Below the pieces are notes generated by a model. It worked only from the letters and a program-made list of their open reading frames with translations, was not told the origin of the DNA and searched no databases. The position numbers and the translations under genes were made by a program. A stretch of 64,000 bases of DNA from an uncultured Nitrososphaerota archaeon (GTDB lineage: Archaea > Thermoproteota > Nitrososphaeria > Nitrososphaerales > Gagatemarchaeaceae): positions 347,745 through 411,744 of the forward strand of contig CAWISW010000001.1 of NCBI GenBank assembly GCA_963838925.1. The letters run 5' to 3'. Shown here one piece after another: positions 18,531 through 29,323 of this stretch. Numbering within the stretch: the first letter of the stretch is position 1; the number at the start of each line of letters is the position of its first letter.

Positions 18531-19274
18531 TTGAGCCGGGTAGCTGAGGTCAAGTCGAGGATATCCTCGGTCGAGCTCCTCTCCACGCTGAAGAAGAGCT
18601 ACAGCTACAAGGAGCTCTCGTCCATCCTCGGCCTCTCCGCGCCCATCCTCAGCAGGTACGTCAGGGGCCACGTCCTCCCGAGCCCCGCGCGCTCGGACAA
18701 GTTCGTCGCGGTCTTCCGCGAGAGGCTCCTGAAGAAGATGGTCAGCGACCACATCAGGCTCACCAACGAGGGGGCCTACGACCTCACCCGCGTCGTCCTG
18801 GACGTGGGCCTCCTCAAGCAGATAGCGAAGGTCGTCTACAGCGAGTTCGAGCCCTCTCGCGTGGAGAAGGTGCTCACGATGGAGGTGGACGGCGTCCCGC
18901 TGGCGGTGGAGATAGCGGACGAGTTCAACGTGAGCGTCGCGATCGCCAAGACCGAGCGCGACCTCGCGGCGGAGGAGTTCTACGAGCAGAGGATGGTCTA
19001 CTCGCCGGACGCGGTGAAGTACCTCTACATCCCGAAGACCTCCCTCAAGAAGGGGGAGCACGTCCTCATCGTGGACGACCTGATCCGCTCAGGAGTGACC
19101 CTCGACGCGCTCGTGCGCCTCGCCGAGAAGGCCAGGGCGCGGCCCGTGGGGATCTTCACAATAGCCTCCTTGGAGGCCTCCCTCCCGAAGCTGAAGGAGC
19201 GCATGAAGCTGAACTGCCCCATCGAGACCCTCGTCACGCTCGAGCCGCCCAAGAAGCAGCAGTACAACTTCTAG
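18531..19274 (+). CDS. HTH plus phosphoribosyltransferase-domain protein (PurR-like regulator)
   Basis: N-terminal SYKELSSILGLSAPILSRYV HTH; PRPP motif VLIVDDLIRSGVT. Confidence 0.82.
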   Translation: MSRVAEVKSRISSVELLSTLKKSYSYKELSSILGLSAPILSRYVRGHVLPSPARSDKFVAVFRERLLKKMVSDHIRLTNEGAYDLTRVVLDVGLLKQIAKVVYSEFEPSRVEKVLTMEVDGVPLAVEIADEFNVSVAIAKTERDLAAEEFYEQRMVYSPDAVKYLYIPKTSLKKGEHVLIVDDLIRSGVTLDALVRLAEKARARPVGIFTIASLEASLPKLKERMKLNCPIETLVTLEPPKKQQYNF

Positions 19275-19289
19275 GAGGGGTAGCGAGGA

Positions 19290-20168
19290 TTGACAGGGCC
19301 GGCGTCCACGTTCGAGATAGACGACGAGTACGTGGAGGCCAGGATCCCTCCCAGGAGGCGCGACTCCCACAAGGGGATGAACGGGGTCGTCTGCGTGGTG
19401 GGCGGAAGCAGGACCTACCACGGGGCGCCCTTCCTCTGCGCCATGGGCGCGGCGCGCACCGGGGTCGACCTCGTCTATGTGGCGGTCCCGAGCATGGTGG
19501 CCGGCCCCATCAGGTCGCTCTCGCCCGACCTCATTGTCATCCCCCTCCCAGACAGCAAGCTCACGCGCGGCAACGCCTCGAGGCTCGCGAGCTGGCTGCC
19601 AGAGCTCGGTTGCATCGGGATAGGCCCCGGCCTCGGACCCCAGAACCCCAACGAGCTCAAGAACGCGCTGGCGATGCTCTCCGCGAAGTGCCGCACGCTC
19701 GTGGTGGACGCCGACGCCCTCCGCCCCTCAATCCTCGAGGCCCCCGAGGCCCAGAGGGCGAAGATGGTCGTCACCCCCCACGCCAAGGAGTTCGAGAGGC
19801 TCTTCGGGGTCGACCTCCCGGACTCGCTCGACGGGAGGGTCGCCGCTGTCAGGAAGGCGGCCGCAGAGCACGGGCTGGTGGTGCTCTTGAAGGGGCCGAC
19901 CGACGTGGTAAGCGACGGCGACAAGGTCGGGCTCAACGACATCCACTCCCCCGCGATGACGGTCGGCGGGACGGGCGACGTCCTCACCGGAGTCACGTCG
20001 GGCCTCGCCGCGAAGGGCGTGGGAAGGTTCGAGGCCGCCTGCTGCGCGGCCTACATCAACGGCCTCGCGGGGGCGGAGGCCGCCAAGGAGCTCGGCATGC
20101 ACATAGTCGCCTCCGACGTCGTGGCGTGCATCGCCAAGGCGATGAAGCGGTTTGACAAGCTCGAGTGA
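19290..20168 (+). CDS. nnrD: ADP-dependent NAD(P)H-hydrate dehydratase
   Basis: SHKG..G.V.VVGGS..YHGAP, GPGLG, DADAL, TPHAKEF, GGTGDVLTG. Confidence 0.9.
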   Translation: MTGPASTFEIDDEYVEARIPPRRRDSHKGMNGVVCVVGGSRTYHGAPFLCAMGAARTGVDLVYVAVPSMVAGPIRSLSPDLIVIPLPDSKLTRGNASRLASWLPELGCIGIGPGLGPQNPNELKNALAMLSAKCRTLVVDADALRPSILEAPEAQRAKMVVTPHAKEFERLFGVDLPDSLDGRVAAVRKAAAEHGLVVLLKGPTDVVSDGDKVGLNDIHSPAMTVGGTGDVLTGVTSGLAAKGVGRFEAACCAAYINGLAGAEAAKELGMHIVASDVVACIAKAMKRFDKLE

Positions 20169-20856
20169 CGCCGACGGGAGTCGGCCTGGGCTCCACTCCA
20201 AGTGGAGGGGAGTGGTGGACTCCCTCGAGGCGATCATCCCGATCTACGAGAAGGGCTCTAGCCGGATCTCCCTATTCTCGGACAGGGCGATGCGCGAGGA
20301 GGTGGCCTCGTTCGCCGTGGAAGGGGAGAAGGGGGCGCCGGTCCTCGACCTCGGGGCGGGTCCGGGCACCCTGTCGAGGGTCGTAGCACGCGCGGGTGGG
20401 GCGCCGGTCCTCGCGGACGCGTCCAGGAAGATGCTCGCGAAGGCGGCCGAGTTCGACCGGGTGCAGTGCGTCTTCGAGAACCTCCCGTTCAGGCCGGGCG
20501 CCTTCAGCGCAGCGGTAGCGGGGTTCTCGCTCAGGGACTCGAAGGACCTCGAGACGGCTCTCGCGGAGATACGCCAGGCGATACGCCCAGGGGGGAGGTT
20601 CGCGTTCTGCGACCTCGGAAAGCCTACCTCGAAGGCCAAGGCGAGCCTGGTCGGCGCCTACATCCGCGTCGCCCCCCCGCTGATCGGTTTCCTCACGGGC
20701 GGGCGCTCGGGACTCAGGTTCGGGTCGCTCCGCGACACGTACAAGCTCGTGCTCGACAACAGGTCCCTCGCGAAGGTACTCTCAGGATACTTCGGCTCCG
20801 TGGCCGTCAAGGAGAGGCAGTTGGGCGGGTCGATCGTCGTCCGCTGCTCTGCCTGA
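20152..20856 (+). CDS. Class I SAM methyltransferase (UbiE/MenG-like)
   Basis: VLDLGAGPG, ENLPFR, FSLRD, RPGG. Confidence 0.8.
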   Translation: MTSSSDADGSRPGLHSKWRGVVDSLEAIIPIYEKGSSRISLFSDRAMREEVASFAVEGEKGAPVLDLGAGPGTLSRVVARAGGAPVLADASRKMLAKAAEFDRVQCVFENLPFRPGAFSAAVAGFSLRDSKDLETALAEIRQAIRPGGRFAFCDLGKPTSKAKASLVGAYIRVAPPLIGFLTGGRSGLRFGSLRDTYKLVLDNRSLAKVLSGYFGSVAVKERQLGGSIVVRCSA

Positions 20857-20901
20857 CTCTTAGGGGGCGAATTGTTTATAACCTAATCATTCGGCGCCGA
20901 T

Positions 20902-22659
20902 GTGTTTTCCTTGCAGTACAAGTGGATAGTGCTCTCCAACACCACCATCGCCATGCTGATGGCGTCGCTCGACGGCACGATAGTTCTCATCTCGCTCCCG
21001 GCGATCTTCAACGGGCTCAAGATCGACCCGCTCTCATCCTTCCAGTACCTCCTCTGGATCCTCTTCGGGTACAGCCTCGTGACCGCCACGCTGCTCGTGA
21101 CCTTCGGGCGGATCTCGGACATCTACGGCAGGGTGAAGCTGTACAACCTCGGGTTTGCCGTCTTCACCATCGGCTCCGTCCTCGGCTATCTCACCCCGAA
21201 CACGGGGGACGCCGGGGCGCTCGAGCTCATCATCTTCAGGATGGTCCAGGGGGTTGGCGCCGCGTTCCTCTTCGCGAACGGCGTCGCCATACTCACGGAC
21301 GCGTTTCCTGAGAAGGAGCGCGGCCAGGCCCTGGGCATCAACATGGTCGCGCTCATCGCAGGGTCGATGCTCGGGCTGACGCTGGGAGGGGTCCTAGCGA
21401 CCATCAACTGGCGGTACATCTTCCTCGTGAACGTGCCCATAGGCGTCTTCGCGACGGCGTGGGCCTACCTGAAGCTGAAGGAGGTCGGCGCAGTGAGGCG
21501 CAGGCAGAAGATTGACGTCTGGGGCAACCTCACCTTCGGGGGCGGCTTGACACTCCTGATGCTCGGCGTGACCTACGGGCTGCTCCCCTACGGCACTTCC
21601 TACTTCGGGTGGGGCAGCCCTTGGGTGGTCGGTTCCATGCTCGCGGGCGCAGCCCTCCTCGTCGGCTTCGTCTTCATCGAAGGGCGGGTGAAGGACCCGA
21701 TGTTCAGGCTCGACCTCTTCAAGATCAACGCCTTCAGGGCTGGGAACATCGCCTCCTTCCTGTCCTCGATAGGCAGGGGCGGGACTCAGATAATGCTCAT
21801 CATCTTGCTACAAGGGATATGGCTTCCGCTCCACGGCTACGCCTACAAGTCGACCCCCTTCTGGTCGGGGCTCTACATCACCCCCCTCCTCGTGGGGTTC
21901 GTGGTGATGGGGCCCATAAGCGGCCGGCTCGCAGACAGGCGGGGCGCGAGGGGGCTGGCCACGGGCGGCATGCTCATCTCCGCGACGTGCCTCCTGCTTC
22001 TCACCCTGCTTCCCTACGACTTCGTCTTCTGGCAGTTCGCCCTCATACTCTTCGTCATGGGGCTTGGAGGGGGCCTCTTCGCCAGCCCCAACACCGTCGC
22101 GATAATGAACTCCGTCCCGCCCGAGACGAGGGGCGCCGCATCTGGGATGCGGGCCACGGTCCAGAACACAGGGATGAGCGCGAGCACCGCCGTCTTCTTC
22201 TCCATAGTCCTAGTAGCCCTCGGGTCAAGCCTCGCGCCCGCCCTCACGGCGGCGGTGACGAGCGCCGGCGCTCCGCAGCTGGCAAGCGCCTTCAAGGGCC
22301 TTCCGCCCACCGCCGCGCTCTTCGCGGCGTTCCTGGGCTACAACCCCATCGGCTCCCTCATCCCCCCCGCCGTGATGGGCTCCCTGCCGGCTGCGGCGCA
22401 GAGCCAGCTGACCGGCCTCACTTTCTTCCCCACCGCCATCGCGCCGGCCTTCATGTCCGCCCTGCACGACGCCTTCTACATCGCGTCGGCGATGACCTTC
22501 ATCGCGGCGGCCACGTCGTGGTTCGGGATGCGCAGCGCGCAGCCCGTTCGCAAGGCGGTCGCGGTGGCCCAGCAGGAGCAGGTGCCGCAACCTGTCCCAA
22601 TCGCGGAGTCCGCGGCGCCCCCGGGCAGTGTCGATGAGGCGGTCGGGAAGAGGCAGTGA
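20902..22659 (+). CDS. MFS transporter (DHA2-like)
   Basis: [24 protein letters not shown]; ~14 TM. Confidence 0.9.
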   Translation: MFSLQYKWIVLSNTTIAMLMASLDGTIVLISLPAIFNGLKIDPLSSFQYLLWILFGYSLVTATLLVTFGRISDIYGRVKLYNLGFAVFTIGSVLGYLTPNTGDAGALELIIFRMVQGVGAAFLFANGVAILTDAFPEKERGQALGINMVALIAGSMLGLTLGGVLATINWRYIFLVNVPIGVFATAWAYLKLKEVGAVRRRQKIDVWGNLTFGGGLTLLMLGVTYGLLPYGTSYFGWGSPWVVGSMLAGAALLVGFVFIEGRVKDPMFRLDLFKINAFRAGNIASFLSSIGRGGTQIMLIILLQGIWLPLHGYAYKSTPFWSGLYITPLLVGFVVMGPISGRLADRRGARGLATGGMLISATCLLLLTLLPYDFVFWQFALILFVMGLGGGLFASPNTVAIMNSVPPETRGAASGMRATVQNTGMSASTAVFFSIVLVALGSSLAPALTAAVTSAGAPQLASAFKGLPPTAALFAAFLGYNPIGSLIPPAVMGSLPAAAQSQLTGLTFFPTAIAPAFMSALHDAFYIASAMTFIAAATSWFGMRSAQPVRKAVAVAQQEQVPQPVPIAESAAPPGSVDEAVGKRQ

Positions 22660-22665
22660 CTCGGC

Positions 22666-23166
22666 TTGGGCTCGCAGAACTCGACGATCAAGAAGGGCAA
22701 GGCACCCGCGCCGCTCGACGAGGTCGAGCTCTGGCGCTCCCTCGCCAACGACTGGAAGCGGCTCCAGCGTGGCGCCGAGAAGAACATAATGCGCCTGGAC
22801 CTCACCGTCGCCGAGCTCCGGATCCTGAGGGTCCTGCGCGAGCAGGGCACCTCGCCCATGAACCGGTTCTGCAGGGAGACGATGCTCTCGCAGCCCACCA
22901 TCACGGGTGTGGTCGACAAGCTCGAGGAGCGGGGCCTAGTAGGGCGCGTCAGGAGCCGCGAGGACAGGAGGGAAGTGCTCATAGCGATCACACCGAGGGG
23001 GGAAGAGGCCTTCGTGAAGGGGATGGACCTTCACAGGCAGTTCGTCAAGAAGGCGCTCTCCGTAATGACAGCCGACGAGGTGGACACCCTCGCGTCCCTC
23101 CTCAGGAAGCTCGCCGACGCGTCTGACGCCATCGTCCAGGCGTCAGCGATTCCCACTGCGGGATAA
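22666..23166 (+). CDS. MarR-family regulator
   Basis: SQPTITGVVDKLEERGLV.R..DRR..ITPRG. Confidence 0.9.
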   Translation: MGSQNSTIKKGKAPAPLDEVELWRSLANDWKRLQRGAEKNIMRLDLTVAELRILRVLREQGTSPMNRFCRETMLSQPTITGVVDKLEERGLVGRVRSREDRREVLIAITPRGEEAFVKGMDLHRQFVKKALSVMTADEVDTLASLLRKLADASDAIVQASAIPTAG

Positions 23167-23197
23167 GAGGCGCCAGTCCGCGGCGCAGACCGAAGGC

Positions 23198-24166
23198 TCA
23201 CGAGGCCTGTCGAAGGAGAGCTTCCAGGTCTGCGAGCAACCCCTGGACTTCTGAGCTCGGGACCGAGCACCCGGCTGCCCTTTCGTGCCCTCCTCCGCTG
23301 CCTCCGTGCTTCTGCGCTATCATCCCTATCTCCTTCCCCAGGTGGATCTTGCTCTCCGAGGTGCTTCGAAGGCTGAACTCCGCCACGCCTCCGGCCTTCT
23401 CCTTGTAGGCGACGCCGAGGGGTACGCCGAACGCCCCGAGGAGCAGCTTCGCGACGTTCCCGGTGGCGCTCTCGCCCGTCTTCATGTAGGCCAGCCTGCC
23501 GAGGCGGGTCCCCTTCGCCCTGACGTCCTCCGCGAGCTTCCTCACGACCTCTGCCTGCTCGATCGCATGCTTTCCGACGTCGTCTATCTCGTGAGGAGCC
23601 TTCATCTTCGCAAGCTCCTTGACCAGCATCTCCGGGTAGGCGTAGTCCCTGCCGTTCTTGGCGAGTGCGTAGGCGAGCATCGTGCACTCTAGGAGGACGA
23701 ACTGCCTGTCGAACGTCTCCATCATCTGGCTGGCGTTCGCGCTGGTGTCCATGTAGTCCGTCACTGCCCCGTACAGCGCCAAGAGGCGCGCCCCCTCGGG
23801 CAGGTCCTCCTTGTATCTCAGGAAGGTCAGCATCGCCGCGGAGTCCCTCACGTCGTGCCTTAGGTCGACCCCCGTCTTGACGATCTGCTGCTTCGCCTCC
23901 TCGGTGAGGTAGTGGTGGTCGACGTACGTGACCGGCATCCTCTTCGCGAGCGCCGCCAGCCTCGAGACGAAGTCGGGGAAGTTAGACGCGTTCGTCCCGA
24001 GGTCGCACAGCGTGAGACTCGTGGCCGTCTTCGGGACCCCGTCGAGCTCCTTGAGGAGGTCGTCGTAGTCTGTGAGCCTGAAGGTGCCTCCCTTGGCCGC
24101 CAGCACGATCGCGGCGGAGGAAACCCCGTCCACGTCCTTGATGTGAGAGATGCAGTGATGCGCCAA
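23198..24166 (-). CDS. DHH/DHHA1-family phosphoesterase
   Basis: SHIKDVDG, LCDLG, YVDHH, GGGHERAAG; start TTG 24166. Confidence 0.85.
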   Translation of the reverse strand: MAHHCISHIKDVDGVSSAAIVLAAKGGTFRLTDYDDLLKELDGVPKTATSLTLCDLGTNASNFPDFVSRLAALAKRMPVTYVDHHYLTEEAKQQIVKTGVDLRHDVRDSAAMLTFLRYKEDLPEGARLLALYGAVTDYMDTSANASQMMETFDRQFVLLECTMLAYALAKNGRDYAYPEMLVKELAKMKAPHEIDDVGKHAIEQAEVVRKLAEDVRAKGTRLGRLAYMKTGESATGNVAKLLLGAFGVPLGVAYKEKAGGVAEFSLRSTSESKIHLGKEIGMIAQKHGGSGGGHERAAGCSVPSSEVQGLLADLEALLRQAS

Positions 24167-24233
24167 CTTGAAGGTGCGTGCGGACGTCGGGGTCAGCGCA
24201 TATAAGGAAACCTCGGCGAGACCCGACGCCATC

Positions 24234-24605
24234 ATGATAAGCGCTCCCAGGGGCCTCCTCAAGCTCGTCTCCCTACAGCTCTTCTCGGAGTCCTCCCTCT
24301 CGGGCGCGGAGCTCCAGGAGGAGATACGCAAGACCAGCGAGGGCGTCTGGAAGCCGGGGCCGGGCTCGATCTACTTCCTCCTCGACGAGCTGCGCAAGGG
24401 CGAGCTGATCGTCGAGCTCCCACACAAGGGAGGGACCATCAGGCGCTACGTCATCTCGAACAAGGGCAAGGCGGAGCTCACCAAGCTGAGCGGGAAGATC
24501 GACGAAGAGGTCAGGAGGCAGCTGAGGCTCCTCGCCTACTGCTGCGACCACACGTCGAACTCAAAGCTCGCCGACGGTCTGCGCAAGCTCTCTGAGGCGC
24601 GCTAG
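24234..24605 (+). CDS. PadR-family regulator
   Basis: WKPGPGSIYFLL..RRYVISNKG. Confidence 0.85.
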   Translation: MISAPRGLLKLVSLQLFSESSLSGAELQEEIRKTSEGVWKPGPGSIYFLLDELRKGELIVELPHKGGTIRRYVISNKGKAELTKLSGKIDEEVRRQLRLLAYCCDHTSNSKLADGLRKLSEAR

Positions 24606-27600
24606 CTCTTTGGCACTCTGCTCAACTTTGGCGTGAACCCGCGCCTCACCACGAAGACGTACGCGGCGCCTATGAAGACGACCAGCGTCGCCACGGCGAA
24701 CGTCCTGATGTCGGTGTAGTCGGTGGCGAAGCTCGCGTGCACCGTGCCCGGCGAAAAGATCGACACCGCTGTCTGCAGCTTGAGCGCCGAGGCGGACTCG
24801 ATCTGGGTGCCGGATACGCCAAGGGTCCAGCCTTGGAACATTATCTCCACCGTGCCCGGTATTGCGGTTAGGGTAACGTTGCGTCCAGGAGGCGGGTAGA
24901 TTGTCGCGTTCGCCCCTGCCTGGACCGTCCCGCTTATCGAACCGTACGAGTATGCCACCGACCCCTGGCCGTCGGTGGATATGTTGAGGCCGGGGAAGAA
25001 GATGGCGGTCTCGTTCGCGGCGCCTGTGACAAGCAGCGTCGGCGAGATCGTCGTGCCGTTGTACGAGAACGCGGTCGCTCCCTGCCAGTAGGCGAAGGCC
25101 CATTGCCTAGCGGTCGTCTCGTTCAGGACCACGGTCGACCCCTGGTCGTGCCACTCGTTCTGGGTCCCCTCGGCCCCGCCTGCTGGCGTGCTCACGCCCA
25201 CCTCCACGTAGAACTGGTGGGCGTACTGGACGTCGAGCTTGGTCGGCTGCGCGATTATGGCTGCGGTGGTCTGGTTTGACATCCAGCGCTCCCCGTGCGT
25301 GCCCGGAAGCAGGAGCGGGACCTCCCAGGTCGACCCGGAGTCCATCCAGAAGCCGGTCGCCGAAGGACCCAGTGGGGACAGCAGCGTCGCCCCTTCGGAC
25401 GTGTAGTTCAAGCTAGGCACGGGGGGCGAGCCTCCGGACCCCTGGACCGTGTAGTGGAGCGTGTCCAGGTACTGGTGGTAGTACATCAGGTCGCCGCTGA
25501 GAGGGGCCGAGGCGATGCCGGAGGGGTTCGTCTTCGTTATCCACTGCTCACTCGGGGACGAGCTGGGGAGAAGCGCGCTCGCGGCCCAGCTTGTGCCCGA
25601 GTCTAGCCAGAATGTCGTTTGGGTGGCGTTGAGCTGTGCGAGACCCTGAACTCCCAAGGAGGTGTAGTTCAAGCGAGGATTGCTGTATGCCCCTCCATCC
25701 AAGACGCCGAAGTTAAGAACGAACGCGTACTGGTGGTAGTAGAGCTCGGTCAGAGAACCGGCTTGGTTGATGACCCCTAACGGGCTTCCAGCGAACCAAC
25801 GCTCTACCGCGGAGGAGCCCACCAGAGGATTCGTGTAGTTGAACGAGGAGCCCGCGTCTACCCAGCTCTGGGACCCCCTTGCGGAGGCGCCGAATGACGT
25901 GAAGAGAACCGAGGGAGGTTGATAAGCTGTGCCACCTCCAATGACGCTGTAACCGAAGGTGATGAAGAACTGGTTGTAATACTGCAACGACACTGTCTGT
26001 CCAGCGGTCGCGGCACCATTATTGACCGAGCTGTCCCACCGTTCGCTAGACGTAGATCCCGCAAGGGCCGAAGGGACCGTCCAACTGGATCCTGAGTCCA
26101 GCCAAACTGAAGAGGCCGACCCGATCAGCGGAAGGTTGTCCGGTGCGCCGAAAGCGGTAAAGTTGAGTCGGGGGGTCGAGGGTGAAGTTGTAGAGCCGAT
26201 GAGGGAGTACTCGAATCCCTCGAGCACCTGCGAGTAGTAGCTCGACGTGTGCTGATTACCCCCTGCTACGTCTGTGAAGGCGTTCTGAGAGGTGGCCCAC
26301 CGTTGCGTCGGTGAGACCTGCAAGAGACCCAAGCCCGCCTGAGTGTTGTAGTCTGTCCAGCCTTGACACGAGAACGTTCCAGAGCCGGTGGTGACCGAGA
26401 TTGTGCAAATGGTCTGTCCGGCGCTGTCCAGCGTTGTGCCGTTGACGACGATCGAGCCAGGGGTGGTCCATGATGCCGGGCTCTTGGGGGATGCCTGGTA
26501 CGTGTTCTCGACCTGATAGTAGATGGTGGCGGAGAAGGTCTGGCAAGAGCTAGAAGAGCAGCTTCCGACTGTCAGGGAGTTCAAGCCGGCTGAGGAGAGG
26601 TATCTCGAGTTAGTCCCGGCCGGAGGAAGGGTGATGGTAATGGGCGAACACCCGGAGGACGCTTGGAAGTTGTAAGGTGTTCCGTTTGCCGGGATAGACG
26701 TCGGTGAGACCGAGCACCCTGAGAGGGAAACGGTGGTCGGAGGACCTGAGTTAGCCACTGTGATCTGTATCGTCTCGTTGACGTTTGCGGTTATTGAAAA
26801 CGTTCCGCTGCTAGCCACGTTGTTCGTGTCGCCGGAGTACACGGCGGTGATTGTGGCGGACTGTGTCGGAGTGTATGTTATCCCACACGAGGCGGATGAG
26901 AGGGTGCACGGGTTTGCCGAGAAGATGCCACCCTTGTCTGTCGATTGCCAAGTGATGATTCCAGTTGGCGAGTACCCAACGACCGTCGCGCTGCAGGTGC
27001 TAGGCTTGCCGACGAGGAGGGTCGCGGGGGAGCAAATCACGCTTGTCGTGCTCGTCGCGGGAGAGACGGTAAGGGTGGTGGAGCCTGAGCTTCCGATGTT
27101 ATTGGAATCGCCTGAGTACGTTGCCAATATTGTCGCGCCTCCTGCCCCGGTTGTCGAAACCGACACAAAGCACGTTCCGGATGCGAGGGTGCAAAATGTT
27201 GGCGAGGAGGCAAGAGACGTCGTCGCGGTGCCTGAGAACTGAGTGAAGGTCACAGTTCCAGTAGCGCCGTTGGGAGGGTAGCCAGACACGGCTGCAGTGC
27301 AGGTGGTCGGTGAAGGCGACCCTACAATCACCGTCGATGGCGCGCAACTGACAGCTGTGGTCGACGTCGCCTGATTCACCGTCAGGGTGAACGTTGCCAT
27401 CCCTGAGTTCGTCGGCGTCGCGCTGTCGGTAACAGTGACGGTCACGGAGAACGACCCGGACCCTACGCCGCTTGGGACGCACGTGATTGAAACCGAATTT
27501 GAACTACTGCAACCAGCAGGCAAGCCCGACCATGCATAGGTGTACGGTGTCGTCCCGCCCGTCGCTGGGGGCGTGGAAATGGTTGTGGACTGGCCCACGA

Positions 27601-27730
27601 CTATTGGGTTAGGCGCTGCCGAGGGCGAAACGGTCAAGCTCGCTGCATAGGCTGGCTTCGCGGCAAACAACAAGCCCAAAGCGATGAGTACGGTAAAGAC
27701 GAGAAGCGCACTCCCGTGCCCCTTTCTCAT
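24602..27730 (-). CDS. Large secreted Ser/Thr-rich surface protein (Ig-like repeats, C-terminal TM anchor)
   Basis: Signal peptide ..AYA; ATYSGD.NN..SS Ig repeats; W.D.G../ERW/YYHQY repeats; C-terminal TM followed by RR. Confidence 0.8.
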   Translation of the reverse strand: MRKGHGSALLVFTVLIALGLLFAAKPAYAASLTVSPSAAPNPIVVGQSTTISTPPATGGTTPYTYAWSGLPAGCSSSNSVSITCVPSGVGSGSFSVTVTVTDSATPTNSGMATFTLTVNQATSTTAVSCAPSTVIVGSPSPTTCTAAVSGYPPNGATGTVTFTQFSGTATTSLASSPTFCTLASGTCFVSVSTTGAGGATILATYSGDSNNIGSSGSTTLTVSPATSTTSVICSPATLLVGKPSTCSATVVGYSPTGIITWQSTDKGGIFSANPCTLSSASCGITYTPTQSATITAVYSGDTNNVASSGTFSITANVNETIQITVANSGPPTTVSLSGCSVSPTSIPANGTPYNFQASSGCSPITITLPPAGTNSRYLSSAGLNSLTVGSCSSSSCQTFSATIYYQVENTYQASPKSPASWTTPGSIVVNGTTLDSAGQTICTISVTTGSGTFSCQGWTDYNTQAGLGLLQVSPTQRWATSQNAFTDVAGGNQHTSSYYSQVLEGFEYSLIGSTTSPSTPRLNFTAFGAPDNLPLIGSASSVWLDSGSSWTVPSALAGSTSSERWDSSVNNGAATAGQTVSLQYYNQFFITFGYSVIGGGTAYQPPSVLFTSFGASARGSQSWVDAGSSFNYTNPLVGSSAVERWFAGSPLGVINQAGSLTELYYHQYAFVLNFGVLDGGAYSNPRLNYTSLGVQGLAQLNATQTTFWLDSGTSWAASALLPSSSPSEQWITKTNPSGIASAPLSGDLMYYHQYLDTLHYTVQGSGGSPPVPSLNYTSEGATLLSPLGPSATGFWMDSGSTWEVPLLLPGTHGERWMSNQTTAAIIAQPTKLDVQYAHQFYVEVGVSTPAGGAEGTQNEWHDQGSTVVLNETTARQWAFAYWQGATAFSYNGTTISPTLLVTGAANETAIFFPGLNISTDGQGSVAYSYGSISGTVQAGANATIYPPPGRNVTLTAIPGTVEIMFQGWTLGVSGTQIESASALKLQTAVSIFSPGTVHASFATDYTDIRTFAVATLVVFIGAAYVFVVRRGFTPKLSRVPKS

Positions 27731-28120
27731 CGTAAACGTCCTCCTGTTTCCAAGTTGGGTTCGCGTTTAGGGGATGCCCTAGCCTGCGGTATAAGCTCTC
27801 GGATGCCAACTTCCATTCTTCGCACTTACAAGCCGAGAGGGAACGCAACCATCGCCAGCAAGAAGGCTAGGATGACCGCCACATGGTGGAGGTGGAAGTG
27901 CAGCTTTATCCGGGTCTTGAGAAGGAGCGCCTTGACCACCAATACGACGGCGGCAGTCGCCACTCAAATCAGGCCGATTTTTGGTTCTTTCGGCGGCTCC
28001 CCCGCACGAGGGCATCGCGGGCCACCGTGGATTTCTGCCGTTTTCCATAACATTTTGACGCCAAGTTCTGGTAGGAGGTCTAAGAACGATAAGTAACGGA
28101 CGCGTCATCTACGTGTTGCG

Positions 28121-28436
28121 ATGATTCGAAGGTCAAAGCTTGAAGTCTTCATGGACATCATGAAGGTGGTCGCAGAAGAGAGAGAGATGAAGCGCACGAG
28201 GATCATGTACAAGGCGAACCTCGCCTGGACCGTGCTCAACGATGCGCTCGACTCGATGGAGAAGAAGGGAATCCTCGAGAAGCAAGGAGACTCCCTCTGG
28301 CGTCGTCGTGACCCCAACCCCCGACGGTCTGAACCTCCTGAAGAGATTCCAAGAAGTGGAGTCAGTCTTCATGGAGCCGACCATCAGCGCGGAAGGGCTC
28401 ATCTACCCGACGCACAGAATGGAAATCCTGCGCTAA
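28121..28436 (+). pseudogene. HTH_45-like winged-HTH regulator with a +1 frameshift near 28280 (probably sequencing error)
   Basis: RRSKLEVFMDIM..TRIMYKANL..GILE continues in another frame as SKETPSGVVVTPTPDGLNLL. Confidence 0.7.
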
Positions 28437-28569
28437 ACACGCGCAAAAAGCCTCTCCGTGCGACCGTCTTCCTAGGTCCATGAGTGGGCCCGCGCTCAAG
28501 GGCGCTAGCTCACGGCCAAACGGATTCGAAGACGTTATATCCGCAGGCGCGGTCGTACCATCCCGTCTG

Positions 28570-28938
28570 ATGGACTCCAACGAAGAGGTGCTTGCAGAGC
28601 TCCGCAAGATCAGCGAGCTCCTCACGAAGCCCCCCGCGCCCCCACAGCCCAAGGGCATGGCGCAAGAGTTCAAGGCGTTCCTTTCGGAGTACAAGGTCCT
28701 TGGCCTTGCCGTGGCCTTCATCCTGGGTATCTACCTCGGAAACGTGGTGAAAGCCCTCGTGACCGACATGATACTCCCCATACTCTCATACGCGCTTCCT
28801 CCGGGGAAGGACATCAACACCCTCATGGCCGGACCGTTCGGCGTGGGCGACTTCGCCAACAGCGTCCTCACCTTCCTCATCGTCGCCTTGGTCATATTCC
28901 TCATAGTAAAGGCGGCAAACCGCTTCAAGATACAATAG
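28570..28938 (+). CDS. mscL: Large-conductance mechanosensitive channel
   Basis: EFKAFL..VLGLAVAFILG..VKALVTDMILP..GDFANSVLTFLIVA. Confidence 0.88.
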   Translation: MDSNEEVLAELRKISELLTKPPAPPQPKGMAQEFKAFLSEYKVLGLAVAFILGIYLGNVVKALVTDMILPILSYALPPGKDINTLMAGPFGVGDFANSVLTFLIVALVIFLIVKAANRFKIQ

Positions 28939-28980
28939 GAGGAACGCCCCCACCCAGGAGCGCCGCCCCTGGCCGGCGCT

Positions 28981-29298
28981 CTAGGGCCGCACGGCGTTCG
29001 AGACCAGCGAGTTGTACTCTCTCTGGAGCCTTGCCAGGACGCCTGTCCCTGCGGTCGTTATCCTGAGCCTGTCGCCCCCAATCCCCGGCTCGACCACGAC
29101 GAACCCCTCGCCCACGAGCTCCTTCTCGAGGCGCCCGAACTCTCTCCCGCTGGGGTTGAGCCCGTAGCGCGAGTGCAGCCGAGCGAGTATCTCCCATTCG
29201 CTGAGCGTTGATTCCCTGAGCAGCGTCAGCACGAGAAGGGTGAGGTTCTGCGTGAGCCAGGCCGTGCGAAACCTGGACAGCACCCAACTCGATACCAA
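28981..29298 (-). CDS. PadR-like winged-HTH protein
   Basis: LLVLTLL..EIL..L..EGFV..ITTAG. Confidence 0.6.
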   Translation of the reverse strand: MVSSWVLSRFRTAWLTQNLTLLVLTLLRESTLSEWEILARLHSRYGLNPSGREFGRLEKELVGEGFVVVEPGIGGDRLRITTAGTGVLARLQREYNSLVSNAVRP

Positions 29299-29323
29299 CC
29301 TGACGCATCGCCGCCCTTGCGAA

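Noticed and set aside
2782-23687. Many long antisense or alternate-frame ORFs (e.g. 2782-3753, 7890-9287, 10504-11622, 15782-16879)
   Set aside because: Shadow ORFs expected from high GC3 codon bias opposite well-supported genes.
28270-28290. Programmed frameshifting in the wHTH gene (also at ~47500 and ~57952)
   Set aside because: Each is fixed by removing one base from a short homopolymer and has no slippery heptamer. The pattern fits long-read insertion errors.
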